A stretch of 64,000 bases of DNA. It comes from Andalucia godoyi And28 (taxonomy: Eukaryota; Protista; Jakobida). Location of the stretch: positions 115,035 through 179,034 of the forward strand of contig VRVR01000020.1 of the NCBI GenBank assembly GCA_009859145.1, given 5' to 3'. The notes under the pieces were generated by a model. It was given only the letters and a program-made list of their open reading frames with translations, had not been told where the DNA came from and did not search any database. The position numbers and the translations under genes were made by a program. Shown here in pieces: positions 30,388-40,769 of the stretch. Numbering within the stretch: the first letter of the stretch is position 1; each line of letters begins with the position of its first letter.

Positions 30388-30888
30388 TCTTTCTATTATT
30401 ATTTTCTGTTTGTTTGGGTTATTTTAATAATCAAAACCCTCAAGCAGCACCTTTCATCAGGGACAAAGACAAATCATCTCATGGCTCCAAAGAGGGATCT
30501 TCCCAACAAACGCAAATCGACCATGCCCGAAGATACCGAGAACCAAGAAATCCGTTGATTCCCCCCTCGTCGCAACTTGCTGAGCAAGCTGAGGATCATC
30601 AAATCACGAAGATGCGATCGATTTGCGTTCGGAATGCGCTTTTTCAAGTCAGAGAACAAGAAGAAGCAAGGGCAAAAGCGTCGTCAGACGCAATGCGCAA
30701 CGCCGCCGACCACATTCTGTTTCCTCCAATGCTCATCTTTCGAATGTTGAATCGATTGGGTAATATGTTGGCTGCGATGACTCTTTGACTGCAGAGCAAT
30801 CTGCATTGAAGAGCTGGTGCTTGCCCCGAATAATTTAAATTAAAAAACCCCCCGAAAAAAACATGTGGTTTGGATCTATCTTCGGGGA
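30388..30888 (+). repeat. 501-bp repeat, copy B (inverted duplicate of 4418-4918)
   Basis: See copy A. It ends 13 bp before the IS607/Fanzor remnant. Confidence 0.95.
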
Positions 30889-30901
30889 TACCGCAGACCG
30901 A

Positions 30902-31323
30902 TGAATAATAACACGTCATTGTCATGCATACGGAAAAGTATCCATAAACAGACACGGTCAATACTGGCCGACACTAGCACGTTGCTGTTTCACAGGGAAT
31001 TCGTGCTTACGCGTAGCCATCTATCATTCGTTCAGCGCACTGCCAAGAGGCGAACTTCCAAGACACGATCTCGTATCTCCAGGTGCATCAATCGCGCTGC
31101 AACTGAGGACACGAAAGCGCCTGCTGCTAGGGCCGTCAGCATCAAAATGCACCCTTCTCAGAAACAACGTGTCACGCTGAGAAAGTGGCTCACCGATTGA
31201 TCGAGATTGGGAACGGAGCGCGGAACATCCATCTGAAGAACGCCGTGAGACGTGTTGGGGGCCTATCCTGTTCCCGGCAACGGGATGCAAGATTGAAATA
31301 TGCATGTTCGGTGCATAATGTAG
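30902..31323 (+). mobile_element. Decayed, internally deleted IS607/Fanzor2 element, copy 2
   Basis: 30902-31032 is homologous to 10686-10886. 31129-31188 encodes RAVSIKMHPSQKQRVTLRKW (TnpB/Fanzor N-terminal motif). From 31196 it matches the copy 1 3' end (IDRDW +1 NGARNIHLK and the right end). Confidence 0.88.
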
Positions 31324-31588
31324 ACGATGGTCCAAAATAATTCATGCCTTTGGCGAACGGGTTTTTTCTGATACCACCACTATTTAGGGTTGCCAATTCG
31401 CATCTCGTACTTTCTTGCTCTATTTTCGCGCTGCCCTTTTCCTTTTTTCGCGCTGTCTTTTTCCCTTTTTCCTTCTCCTCTTTCTTTTCTGTTTTTTCAA
31501 GAGTCTTTTCGCTGCGTCAACGCATTCGGTTCTTTTGGACAACTTTGCTGCCTTTTTCTTCTTTCAGTATGTTTTAGTTTACAACTTT

Positions 31589-31685
31589 GGTGGTGACAAG
31601 AATGATGAGACATTTTTTTTTGACACCTCTAGAAGGACAAAAACCATGGCTACAACATACCTACATTGCCTGACTTGTCACCGCC
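31589..31685 (+). ncRNA. Box C/D snoRNA guiding LSU rRNA 2'-O-methylation (probable SNORD34/snR62 equivalent)
   Basis: Box C ATGATGA 31602-31608, box D CTGA 31670-31673 and a 12-bp terminal stem GGTGGTGACAAG/CTTGTCACCGCC. The guide TACCTACATTG is complementary to conserved LSU CAAUGUAGGUA. Confidence 0.88.
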
Positions 31686-31785
31686 TTTTCATCTCTCACT
31701 TTTTAAATATTTTCATTTTTTGTTGCATTTGATTGCTTATGTTTCCCCCGTTTAGTTGCCTGTATGCGATTCTTCACTTCCTCAA

Positions 31786-31896
31786 TGTGTCTGTGGTTCA
31801 GATGATGAGTACACTTCTTTCCCCAAATGAAGTTCCAACGATCACCGTGATTCGAAACCGAAGCGTCGCCAGTATCTGACACGAACCACAGATACA
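31786..31896 (+). ncRNA. Box C/D snoRNA guiding LSU rRNA 2'-O-methylation (probable SNORD12/snR190 equivalent)
   Basis: Box C ATGATGA 31802-31808, D' ATGA 31827-31830, C'-like GTGATT 31847-31852 and box D CTGA 31876-31879. The terminal stem TCTGTGGTTC/GAACCACAGA extends to about 14 bp. The guide CTTCTTTCCCC is complementary to LSU GGGGAAAGAAG. Confidence 0.88.
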
Positions 31897-32009
31897 CTGT
31901 TATTTTTGTTTTACAATGTTTTTCTAAACAAAGAATATTGTGTCAATTGATTGTCTTACAGCTGTCATAGGTATTGTATAGGAAGTATTGTTGTTATATT
32001 TTGTAAACT

Positions 32010-33185
32010 CTATTTGGCATTGCATGTGAAAGATATTACGGACATGTTTTCATAATCAGCGTGCAAAGGGTTGAACCCGTCAAGCGTCCGGGTCGCATTC
32101 ACGACTTCTGGAAACTTTTGAAAGAACGATGAATGCTTCTGAATAGACACCTCCACTCCGTTCATCTCGCGAACTTCAAAGATCCTTCTGAGCATAGACT
32201 CCACCGACGGAAAATTCGTTGGAAACATGACGTCGCAGTCACACATGTCGTTTGCAGCCACGCGCGCTCCCAAAGACGACCAGCTGTTTAGCTCTATGTT
32301 CTTTCCCGAAGCGCTTTTAGCTTGAATAACAGGACCGAGAATGCCTGGCATGGGATTGGGAAACGCGTCAAAATCGGCAATGATCCCAGCTACGCTCTTT
32401 GGTATGCATGGTTGCTTCAGGATGTTCCACAGCAATTCGTACAACCCAGTAGGTACGTACATCACATCATCTCCGACCGCACGGCTCATCGAACGTTTGA
32501 GAAGGCTCCAGGGATTTGCAGGCTGGAGAAGATGCTCGACATGCGGAATGCAATGATGAATCCAGGCATCCTCCAGTGGTTTCCAGACGATTTGACCCAG
32601 CTCTGTCAAGTGCGCTTCTTGCATCTCCCCGGATGTCCTAAGCCGGATACAATCATGTTGAAGGTTGTCGAGAACTTCAAAGAGCAGCAGCACGAGCGTG
32701 TGCTGGTCGCCAGAGGAATCAGGACTGCACATGCTTTGCATGTCAAACCGCATTCCATCTCCATGGTGCAGCCGAACAGAAGGGTGTCCCGCAAACCGCA
32801 GTCGCTGGCGCTTGTGCAGCACATCCGACAACTCAACAATGTGATATTCGTGTTCTCGGTGGAGGCGGTCAAATTCAGAAATGACAGATTCCGCCAAGGA
32901 ACCGTTTCCGCCCCCAATTTCAAGGATAACGGGCTTGGAATCTGCAGGGATCACTGACAGGATCTTCTTTGCAACGCCGATACCGTACCAAGGTGCAAAG
33001 ATTTCGGAAGGCGTTGTCCATCCTGCATTTCTGTACAGCGAGGAAATAGACTGCAAGTAGTCTTCCTGCCCGCGCAATGAATGGAACTGAATGGGTTCTG
33101 TTTTCTGAAACAGATGCTGAGCACCGGAAAAGTATCCCTGCCGAGGATCATACAAGCATTTTTGAATGAACTTTCTCAATAGCAT
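32010..33185 (-). CDS. NDUFAF7/MidA-family SAM-dependent methyltransferase
   Basis: FIQKCLYDPRQGYFS, WTTPSEIFAPWYG, ILEIGGGNGSLA, LFEVLDNLQHD, IIADFD and CDVMFPTNF. Confidence 0.88.
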   Translation of the reverse strand: MLLRKFIQKCLYDPRQGYFSGAQHLFQKTEPIQFHSLRGQEDYLQSISSLYRNAGWTTPSEIFAPWYGIGVAKKILSVIPADSKPVILEIGGGNGSLAESVISEFDRLHREHEYHIVELSDVLHKRQRLRFAGHPSVRLHHGDGMRFDMQSMCSPDSSGDQHTLVLLLFEVLDNLQHDCIRLRTSGEMQEAHLTELGQIVWKPLEDAWIHHCIPHVEHLLQPANPWSLLKRSMSRAVGDDVMYVPTGLYELLWNILKQPCIPKSVAGIIADFDAFPNPMPGILGPVIQAKSASGKNIELNSWSSLGARVAANDMCDCDVMFPTNFPSVESMLRRIFEVREMNGVEVSIQKHSSFFQKFPEVVNATRTLDGFNPLHADYENMSVISFTCNAK

Positions 33186-33677
33186 AGTTTGACACAACAC
33201 TGCATCCGAAGTCGCACAACAAGGCTTCCAGCGGTGCACGGAGAAAATCGCCAACACACACACGCACTTCTTCCAGTCTTCACGCCGGGAAAACCAAAAA
33301 AATAATAAAATGGAGAGAAAAAAGAAGAAAAGAAGACAACGGTGTTTATTTCCCGAATGTGCATTTATTTTTGATAATCTTAAGTTTAAAATTAAATTAA
33401 ATTAAAAAAAAAACCACGACCGGTGGCAGTTCGTTCTAGTGACCAGCATGCATGAAGAAAAAATGATGCAAATGATTAGCAAGGACGCTATGAAGCACTG
33501 AATAAAAGAACGTCACCGGCAAAAAGAGCATCCATCTTTGCTGATGGACCAGTGGTCCGTCCATGCTCTCTGAAGAGAGAACCACCAGCAAACAAACACC
33601 GGGGGGCGCTGCCAGAGTAGAGGAATGCCGGACAAGTGCTGTCGGACGGCACCCAAAACACACAACAAAACGACGCA

Positions 33678-34058
33678 CTATCGCACTAAAGACTTGAAGT
33701 GTTCTCGGAGGTGTACTTTTTGGTCAACAATGTGGTCCAGCATCTCGTCGCGGATCATGTCTCCGTGCACGTTGCTGACGGATGAACCATTCTCCACGTC
33801 AAATCGCATGGTGAACGTGCTAAACTGATTCTCATGTACGAAATTCATGACAGACGACCCGTATTCTTGCACAAACAACTCACAATGAACGTTTGTGACT
33901 GATTCAGGAATCGGTTTGATAGCCGTCGGTTTTGAAAACGTTACGACAAACGCACACGGATCCGCGCCTTTCTTTGAAATGCATGCGTCGTACCGCAAAT
34001 GGCAAGCATTCACAAGTTGCCGAACAATCCACGTTTCGTTATCCAGAGGCGCTGCCAT
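33678..34058 (-). CDS. Small protein resembling the AKAP14/AKAP28 domain (axonemal)
   Basis: FSKPTAIKPIP and IRDEMLDHIVDQK resemble the conserved WSxPTxxxPIP and FRExWLxDIIxxK blocks, judged by eye. Confidence 0.55.
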   Translation of the reverse strand: MAAPLDNETWIVRQLVNACHLRYDACISKKGADPCAFVVTFSKPTAIKPIPESVTNVHCELFVQEYGSSVMNFVHENQFSTFTMRFDVENGSSVSNVHGDMIRDEMLDHIVDQKVHLREHFKSLVR

Positions 34059-34345
34059 CTTAGTGTTTTTTTTGTTTTGTTTTGTTGGTATTAACGAGCA
34101 AAGAAAAACAAGAACAAAAACAGAAAAAATCAACGGTGAAAAGACGTGTCTTGGATGCCTGGGATGTATACATATAATATTTGAAATTTGACGGTTTGCG
34201 TTGCTTTTGCGTGCATTTTACAGCCGGAATGCCCGTTTTGAGGTGTTTTTTTTTGGGCCGAGGCAAAACGCAAAAGCTGTCTTTTGGTATTGATGAACGA
34301 CATTTGGACTATTGGATATCTGGACTTTCGGACTCCTGATTCTCG

Positions 34346-34831
34346 TTGAATGCACAAGAAGAAAGAAGAAGGATTATGGATCTTCGGATCGTTCTGATTT
34401 GTAGCAGAACACAGAAAGCCATGCGCGAGCAATGGAGCCACACCTTTTCAACTCTGCGGCGTCGGACGTATCATTCTGAAATCTCAGTTTATGAAGCCGT
34501 GTATGCAGTTGTGAAGCACGTGTTTGCGATGTCGCTCTCACGGTCTGCGCAGATTGGCTCCGCGATCCGTTCGCAGACAATTATGTCCAGTCTGCTGTTG
34601 TTTTTCAAGAATTTTATTGAAACGGCGGAAGAAGACAGACTTGTCACGATTCCTGCAGCAAATCACAAAGAAGTGGCGTGGAGATTGCTCACAACAGCTT
34701 ACGAAAACTGTTTTCCACAGCAACTGTACTCCTTGTCGCAGTTTCTGGTCCTGTTCTTCAATCCGCAACAGGAAACGGATCCGTGCCGCAAGTTTCTCAC
34801 GTACTTTTTTCGAACTCGCTGCTTCATTTAG
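34346..34831 (+). CDS. Hypothetical protein (about 150 aa)
   Basis: Open frame with helical, protein-like composition in a gap between genes; no family recognised. Confidence 0.35.
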   Translation: MNAQEERRRIMDLRIVLICSRTQKAMREQWSHTFSTLRRRTYHSEISVYEAVYAVVKHVFAMSLSRSAQIGSAIRSQTIMSSLLLFFKNFIETAEEDRLVTIPAANHKEVAWRLLTTAYENCFPQQLYSLSQFLVLFFNPQQETDPCRKFLTYFFRTRCFI

Positions 34832-34870
34832 AATCTCTACCGTGGGAATTAGTGTGTGCAACGGTGCAAA

Positions 34871-35743
34871 TCACAGTCGAGAGAAGAGAAATGGAAGAGG
34901 ATTGCGCCATTGTGAGTCGATTCCCTGTGCAGCAACAAACGACGGAACTTCAGTGTTTTTTTCTGCGAACGATCGCAGCTGTTTCAGAGCATCGTCATCT
35001 GACGACGTGGCCAATCGAACCAGTTTCTCCGTTTGTTGATTTTCAGGAAGGAAACTGCGAATAGAAACCAGGAAGTCGATTCCTTGCTGCCGTGTGTTCT
35101 CAATCAGCGGACGATAGTCATCTTCCAACGCGGAGCTAGAGTTTATGTGAGAACCATCACGTGTGCTTGCAGACTCATCGTCCAGTCGTTTAGAGCCGTA
35201 TGGGTTGTTGCTGGATTCAGGGGCTGAAGAAGACAATAGACTGTTGCGAACAGATTCAATTTCAGCTCGGTTCAGCGGGGTGATCTTGCCACGCGTCTCG
35301 AATTCTCGGATGGCATCCAAGACGAACGGCATGTCCGTCCGGGCATCGTACACAAACGGACTGAGAAGAGGAACGTTTTTGACGCGAAACGTAGGAATTT
35401 CGTTCTCCAGAGTACGATAAACGTGCGCAGCCTCATTTTGTCTTCTTTTGAACTCGTCTTGTTCTGTGCGAACGGCTTCTTCCTCGGCCAGTCGGGCCCT
35501 TGCCCGATCCACAGCCCGCTGTTTCAGCAAGGCAATTTCGCACTCGGTTGGAACACGCACAGCGACTTGCGACAATGTGTGCAGCATCCGACGAACGTCT
35601 CGAACGAAGTTCCGCACTTCTTGGTCCACAATGGTTTTCTGCTGGAGACTGTCGCAGATCGGCTTCCCTGACCGTGTTTCATAAAACGACTCTCGTGGTA
35701 TGCTGTCGATCTGCTTTTTCCAGTCTTGGTCGTCTTCCGCCAT
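34871..35743 (-). CDS. Hypothetical protein (290 aa)
   Basis: Long ORF from ATG 35743 with a coiled-coil segment; no family recognised. Confidence 0.7.
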   Translation of the reverse strand: MAEDDQDWKKQIDSIPRESFYETRSGKPICDSLQQKTIVDQEVRNFVRDVRRMLHTLSQVAVRVPTECEIALLKQRAVDRARARLAEEEAVRTEQDEFKRRQNEAAHVYRTLENEIPTFRVKNVPLLSPFVYDARTDMPFVLDAIREFETRGKITPLNRAEIESVRNSLLSSSAPESSNNPYGSKRLDDESASTRDGSHINSSSALEDDYRPLIENTRQQGIDFLVSIRSFLPENQQTEKLVRLATSSDDDALKQLRSFAEKNTEVPSFVAAQGIDSQWRNPLPFLFSRL

Positions 35744-36692
35744 CGTCTCCAGGGTCAAAGGATCATCCAGAATCCACGCCGCCGTGCTGAAAAGCAGCAA
35801 GCAGCAGGTGTCCCGTCAAACCCGTCGTGGTGGAGTATTGTGTTGTGTAATGCAGACTTGTGAACATCGATCCCGATTCCCCCCCCACCGTATCCAAAAA
35901 AACAAAAGACAGGACCAATGGCCAATGCACTGGGATCCAGCCTCAAGTCACCGCAATTTACACGAGAAAACCCTTTGCTGCGTTCGTGCAAGGCTTTTCG
36001 TAGGGTTATCGACAGCGGCAACCTTGCAAGAACGAGCGCTTTTTTCGCTGCTTTCTGTTGTTTCGTGTTTCTCCCGTTCCCTTTTCCTCTTCTTTTTCTT
36101 CTTCTTCTTTTCTTCTTTTTTCTTATTGGTTGAAAAACAACCAGGCCAATCCCTGTGCTACGCCCCTTTTGGGGAGTCAGTGACGTAGTGCTTTGATGTG
36201 CCTTGAAGATGTTCGGAGCCTCTGGGCAGCGTCCCACGTTTCTATTCGTGAAGGGAGCAATAAGAGTTTTCCACACATTCCTTTCTAATTACATCACGTT
36301 GTATTTCTACTTCAAAAAGAAAAGAAAAAAGACTTGTTTAACTACAAACAAAAAAACAAAAACGCTGTACACAAACGCACTAAACACATGCGGCAAAAGG
36401 CACACTTTTTCATTGTTCTTTTACTTGCATTTGCTGCTGTTGGCCCCCCCGCTTGCACACGCTTGACATCGGACAAACCACGTGGATCGATGCGAAGTCC
36501 AGAGCCTTCCCTTCTTCGACATCCTTGCATTTTTGCAGTAGATACGCAGTTTGACGTAATGACCCATGCGAGGGAGAGGAGGGCATTTTTCGCTACGATG
36601 ATGATTTGACTGGAACATTTGTCAATATATAAAACATGATCTAATTGCTTAGGCTTTATCTTTTTTTTCATTTTCATGTCATCAACAACTGC

Positions 36693-37259
36693 TTACTGAG
36701 GAACAATCTTTTCGGAAACGTAGACTCCGTCCAAGAACTTACGGATATCCTTACCCTTGACCAAGCAAGACTGGTGGATGCGGGCGGCAGAGTTCGAGAC
36801 ATCTTCAACGTTGGCTCCCTCGACGATAACCTCATCCTTGATGGCTGAGCGAATAACCTTGACACCAGCGGGCATGTCGATCTTACGAGTGCGCTTCTCT
36901 CCAAGGAAGTTGCGGATCTCAACCCACTCTCCCTTCTCTCCGAATGCGGCGTTGATCGGGAAATGTGCATACGCAAAGCGCATCTTGTACTGGAATCCCT
37001 TGGTCACACCGGTGGCCATGTTCTGAACGTGTGTGCACACAGTGCGGATGCATGCTGCCTCCTTCTTGTTTCCGAACCAAACGGCAACGTTCAGCTTCTT
37101 GTGATCCTTCGAAGTGGACATCTCCAGGTTGGGGATGTGCTTGAATGCCTTCGTCAAGGATCCCTTGGGTCCCTTCACACGGACAACGCGGGACTTGACC
37201 TCAACAGTCACGCCCTCAGGCATGTCGATGCTCTGATTAGAGAAGATCTCGCGAACCAT
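36693..37259 (-). CDS. RPL9: 60S ribosomal protein L9 (uL6)
   Basis: VKGPKGSL, FQYKMRFAYAHFPIN, EIRNFLGEK and KDIRKFLDGVYVSEK. Confidence 0.98.
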   Translation of the reverse strand: MVREIFSNQSIDMPEGVTVEVKSRVVRVKGPKGSLTKAFKHIPNLEMSTSKDHKKLNVAVWFGNKKEAACIRTVCTHVQNMATGVTKGFQYKMRFAYAHFPINAAFGEKGEWVEIRNFLGEKRTRKIDMPAGVKVIRSAIKDEVIVEGANVEDVSNSAARIHQSCLVKGKDIRKFLDGVYVSEKIVPQ

Positions 37260-37697
37260 CTTTGTGCGGTGAAATGAAAATTAGAACACAAGGAGAGGAA
37301 AACCAAAATGAAAAATGCAAATTCAAAAAACCAAAATTATGGTTTCACTGTTTCTTTTCCTGCTATTGAAAAAGAACCCCCATCAACCCTAGGCTAGGGT
37401 TTGTGCGTTTTTTTTTTTGCCATCGAAAAAAGAAAAAACAGGGGAAGGGGTCCGTGCTCGTGCGCCCATTGTTTAGGTTAATGAGATTCTTTTTTGCCAT
37501 GTCTACAGTAGATTGCAGCTTTCGTGATTCTTGGGAAAAAGACAAAGACTGCGCGCCGTTTCCGACGAGATCTCAAAAGCAGCATCTCGTAGAAAGCTCT
37601 GTTTTCCAGGATCCACAGCGCAGCGCGGAAGTGCGAAACAAAACCAATCAAAAGAAATCACCAGCAATTACATTAAAGATGGTTAACCCAACGTTTT

Positions 37698-39269
37698 TTA
37701 CATTTTCTTTTCCCGATCGTATTCCACGTCCAGCAGGTAGTCCAGAGGCACATCGCGAAACCGCTGGTCCAGTGTAATATCGTTATCAAAATCGTTATCC
37801 GAATGGGAATCTGGAAGTTCCGCAGCTGGGTCAACAGAGTGCGATATGTATCGACGGATGCGCCGTTCCTTCTCCTTTCTCCTTTTCCTGCGCTCCTTGT
37901 CCAACCAGGCTTCAACACGCTTATAGGCCGCAGGGTCTCCAACATCAGAGGCAAACCTCGAGTCTTGCGAATACGCAAGCCACATAGCACAGGAAACGCC
38001 GTCGAATACGGAGAGCGCAGTGAACATCATCGCAAACGCAAGCAGGAAGGCAACCGAGCTTGTATCGGCAACCACCATTGCAAGAATGGCAACGAGTGCA
38101 GAAATGATAAACACAGAGCGATAGACGAATACGGACATGACCATGTCCAATGTTCCAGCTTTTGCTAGCACATCATGCGCAGCTTGACAGCACTGCACCA
38201 GCGGTTTCCCTTTGAGAAGAACGAGGCACAATCCTGCGCGGTTTGTGTAGCGATCCAATTGCAGCGCCCATCGGTTGAAGACGCGGAAGAAGAATGCAAG
38301 AAGATGCAGTAAATACTTTGTAAACATCGCAACGTCCATAACTATTGACGCAAGAAGGATGTTCATGAAACCGGGACCCAGAGCTCTTCTGAAAAGTTCG
38401 AGCTGCGGCTTGAGGGTCGATGGCAGGCGTCCACGAGACGTGTACCACAAGTACGCATACGATGCTGTGACGCAGTAGATAATGTACCTCATGACAAGCA
38501 AAATCCAGATGCCTGTGACCCACAGGATGATACTGTTCGTCCACATTACGTAAATCGCCACGAAGCCAAACATGACGCCGCAGTCCAAGAACAACAGAAA
38601 GATGATGAAGAACGAAAGCGGAAGAACCGATCGACGGCCAAGATCCAACAACGTGAAGGCAACCCGCAATGAATCTGCGACAGCATTCTGATACAAACCA
38701 CGGACGACAAACAAGAACAGGAAGAGAAGGCCAACCGGTGTCAGATTCAGCCCAAAGTATCCCGCATAAAACATGTATTCAAGCAGAAGTGATGTCAGCA
38801 ATGTAATAACCAACTCAAGCGTGACGATCAAATGCGAATGAACGAAAATGAGCATGAAAAGCCAGGCAACGCCAAGCCCAAAGCCAAACGCAAGGCCAAT
38901 GCCAGGTTTCAAAAATCCATCCTGTATGTCCAAAGTCTCCACTGGTTTTCCAGGAAGCGCAAACGGAATGGCAATCACAGCTGCAAGATGGGAAACAAAA
39001 AGATACAGTAGCACCAGACTTCCGTTTGATCGAATAGGCCGCTGCAAATCATGCGGCATCTCTGCAAATTGCTTCATATTCTTCATCTTTCGCTGGCGTA
39101 GCCTTTGTGATGAGGATGATGAGGATGCTGAAGAAGGTCTGGGTGGCTGTTCCTCAATTGAAGAGAACGAGCCGTCTCGGTGAGCGGCCGGAGGAGACGG
39201 GGGTTCCGCGGATGCAACCTCATTGGCCGAGGTTGCCGCCGTACCCACCAATACAGCGTCGGGATCCAT
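37698..39269 (-). CDS. Choline transporter-like (CTL/SLC44/Pns1) polytopic membrane protein
   Basis: About 10 TM helices, with the CVTASYAYLWY, ALGPGFMNILLAS and NRAGLCLVLLKGKPLVQCCQAA pattern typical of CTL. The likely start is MDPDA at 39269. Confidence 0.7.
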   Translation of the reverse strand: MDPDAVLVGTAATSANEVASAEPPSPPAAHRDGSFSSIEEQPPRPSSASSSSSSQRLRQRKMKNMKQFAEMPHDLQRPIRSNGSLVLLYLFVSHLAAVIAIPFALPGKPVETLDIQDGFLKPGIGLAFGFGLGVAWLFMLIFVHSHLIVTLELVITLLTSLLLEYMFYAGYFGLNLTPVGLLFLFLFVVRGLYQNAVADSLRVAFTLLDLGRRSVLPLSFFIIFLLFLDCGVMFGFVAIYVMWTNSIILWVTGIWILLVMRYIIYCVTASYAYLWYTSRGRLPSTLKPQLELFRRALGPGFMNILLASIVMDVAMFTKYLLHLLAFFFRVFNRWALQLDRYTNRAGLCLVLLKGKPLVQCCQAAHDVLAKAGTLDMVMSVFVYRSVFIISALVAILAMVVADTSSVAFLLAFAMMFTALSVFDGVSCAMWLAYSQDSRFASDVGDPAAYKRVEAWLDKERRKRRKEKERRIRRYISHSVDPAAELPDSHSDNDFDNDITLDQRFRDVPLDYLLDVEYDREKKM

Positions 39270-39814
39270 CGGGGCGGAATGCGCAATCGACGTTGTGGAA
39301 TTCGGGAGTCTCGAAGAAGTACTCGTTTTCGAACGCGAAGTCAATGCCTGTCTACCGACAACCGCCAACCGCCAACCTCGCAAAAAAAGATCATCAAGAA
39401 GAAGAAAAAGACAACTATGTATTTGGGCTTTTTCGGTCTTCCTTTTCCATTTCCCCGTTATTTCATCTTTCTCGATCCTCCCTCTCTCTCTCTCTCTCTC
39501 TGTGTCTCTGTGTCTCTGTGTCTTTTTCTCTCCCCCCTTCGAATTACAGCAGGTGTGGAATTGTTTACAACAGATTCTTCCCGCGAAAATCACCCCCCCC
39601 CGGAAAAACCCCACGGATTTGAGAGTGGGTATCTGTTTGCTGTTTTCAAAAGTTCCACGCAGGAAACAGCTCTGGATATTTGGTTTTGTGTCTCCTTCTC
39701 CTTCTTCTTCTTCTTCTTCTTCGTGTGTGACAAGATTCTTTTTCAAAACAGCAACAACAGAAAACAAAAACACTGCGAATTGTCTGTCTGTCTTTGTTTT
39801 TTAGGCCAACAACG

Positions 39815-40249
39815 ATGGATGGCACGTCAAACTGGAAGATCTTCGAAGGTCAGCTCCCCATGATTTCCCCCGAAGAGTTTGTTGCTCGGTTCGGAAGTGA
39901 GATCCTGGCTTGCATTCCTTCGTCGGAGGCCACTGCGCTTTCTCTGGATGTTGTAGTGCAGAGAATTGCAAAAGCCACAAATTCGCTGGTGTGGATGAAC
40001 ACTGTTCTTCTGCGGAAAATGCTCAGGATTATGAATCGCTGCGGTCACAGAGTGAAAACAGTCACTAAATACGCAGTCATACGAGAGGAGCTTCGGACAG
40101 ACTGGTCCTTCTTTATTCACTCTGAATCCGTAACGCTCCCTTCCAGTTTCAAGTATTCTGAAATATCCGAGTGTGTGTGGATCCATCGTCCCACCGCCGA
40201 ACAGTCTTGTCCGCTCTCGCAGGATTCTCACACGACCAGCACCACTTGA
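39815..40249 (+). CDS. Hypothetical protein (144 aa)
   Basis: ATG-initiated ORF following an AT-rich 5' region; no family recognised. Confidence 0.45.
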   Translation: MDGTSNWKIFEGQLPMISPEEFVARFGSEILACIPSSEATALSLDVVVQRIAKATNSLVWMNTVLLRKMLRIMNRCGHRVKTVTKYAVIREELRTDWSFFIHSESVTLPSSFKYSEISECVWIHRPTAEQSCPLSQDSHTTSTT

Positions 40250-40769
40250 CGAACACTGTTTTTTTTTTGGGACGGAAGTCAATTTATATCTGCGTATCTT
40301 CAGAGTTCAGGCCATCGAAGCACAAACAGCCCGAGACAGAACGGTGCGTCCACTGCGGATGACTGCAGTTGGATGTGTGTCAAGCGGGGAAGGTGATTTC
40401 AAAAACAATAATAAACAACAAAATAATAAAAATCAGTTCTTCCAGCAAGAATTCGTCTCCACTGCGGAACGGCCACCCTCCCCAGTACCGCGCGCGTTCT
40501 ACGTCTGCACCGGGAACACTTTCCGAAAAAGAGTCCTCCAGCTTCCGTAATTTCTTGCCTTTTTCGGACTCTCTTACCCGCGCGAACGAGTCCCCGCAAG
40601 CACATGCGATGCGCAGGCTCCATCCCCCCCTCGTGCTACAGGCATCACTGCAACGACAATTGTTTCTCGCCTTACCCGTGTGTTTTCATTGTCTCATCGT
40701 GTCCTGTTTTGCCATCTTTTTCGTGCACTTCCTCCTGATCCCCCCTCTCCCCACCTCCCGCGTAAATAA

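Noticed and set aside
36596-36700. ATGATGA ... CTGA downstream of RPL9
   Set aside because: No terminal stem or rRNA guide, and the D box coincides with the antisense of the RPL9 stop region.
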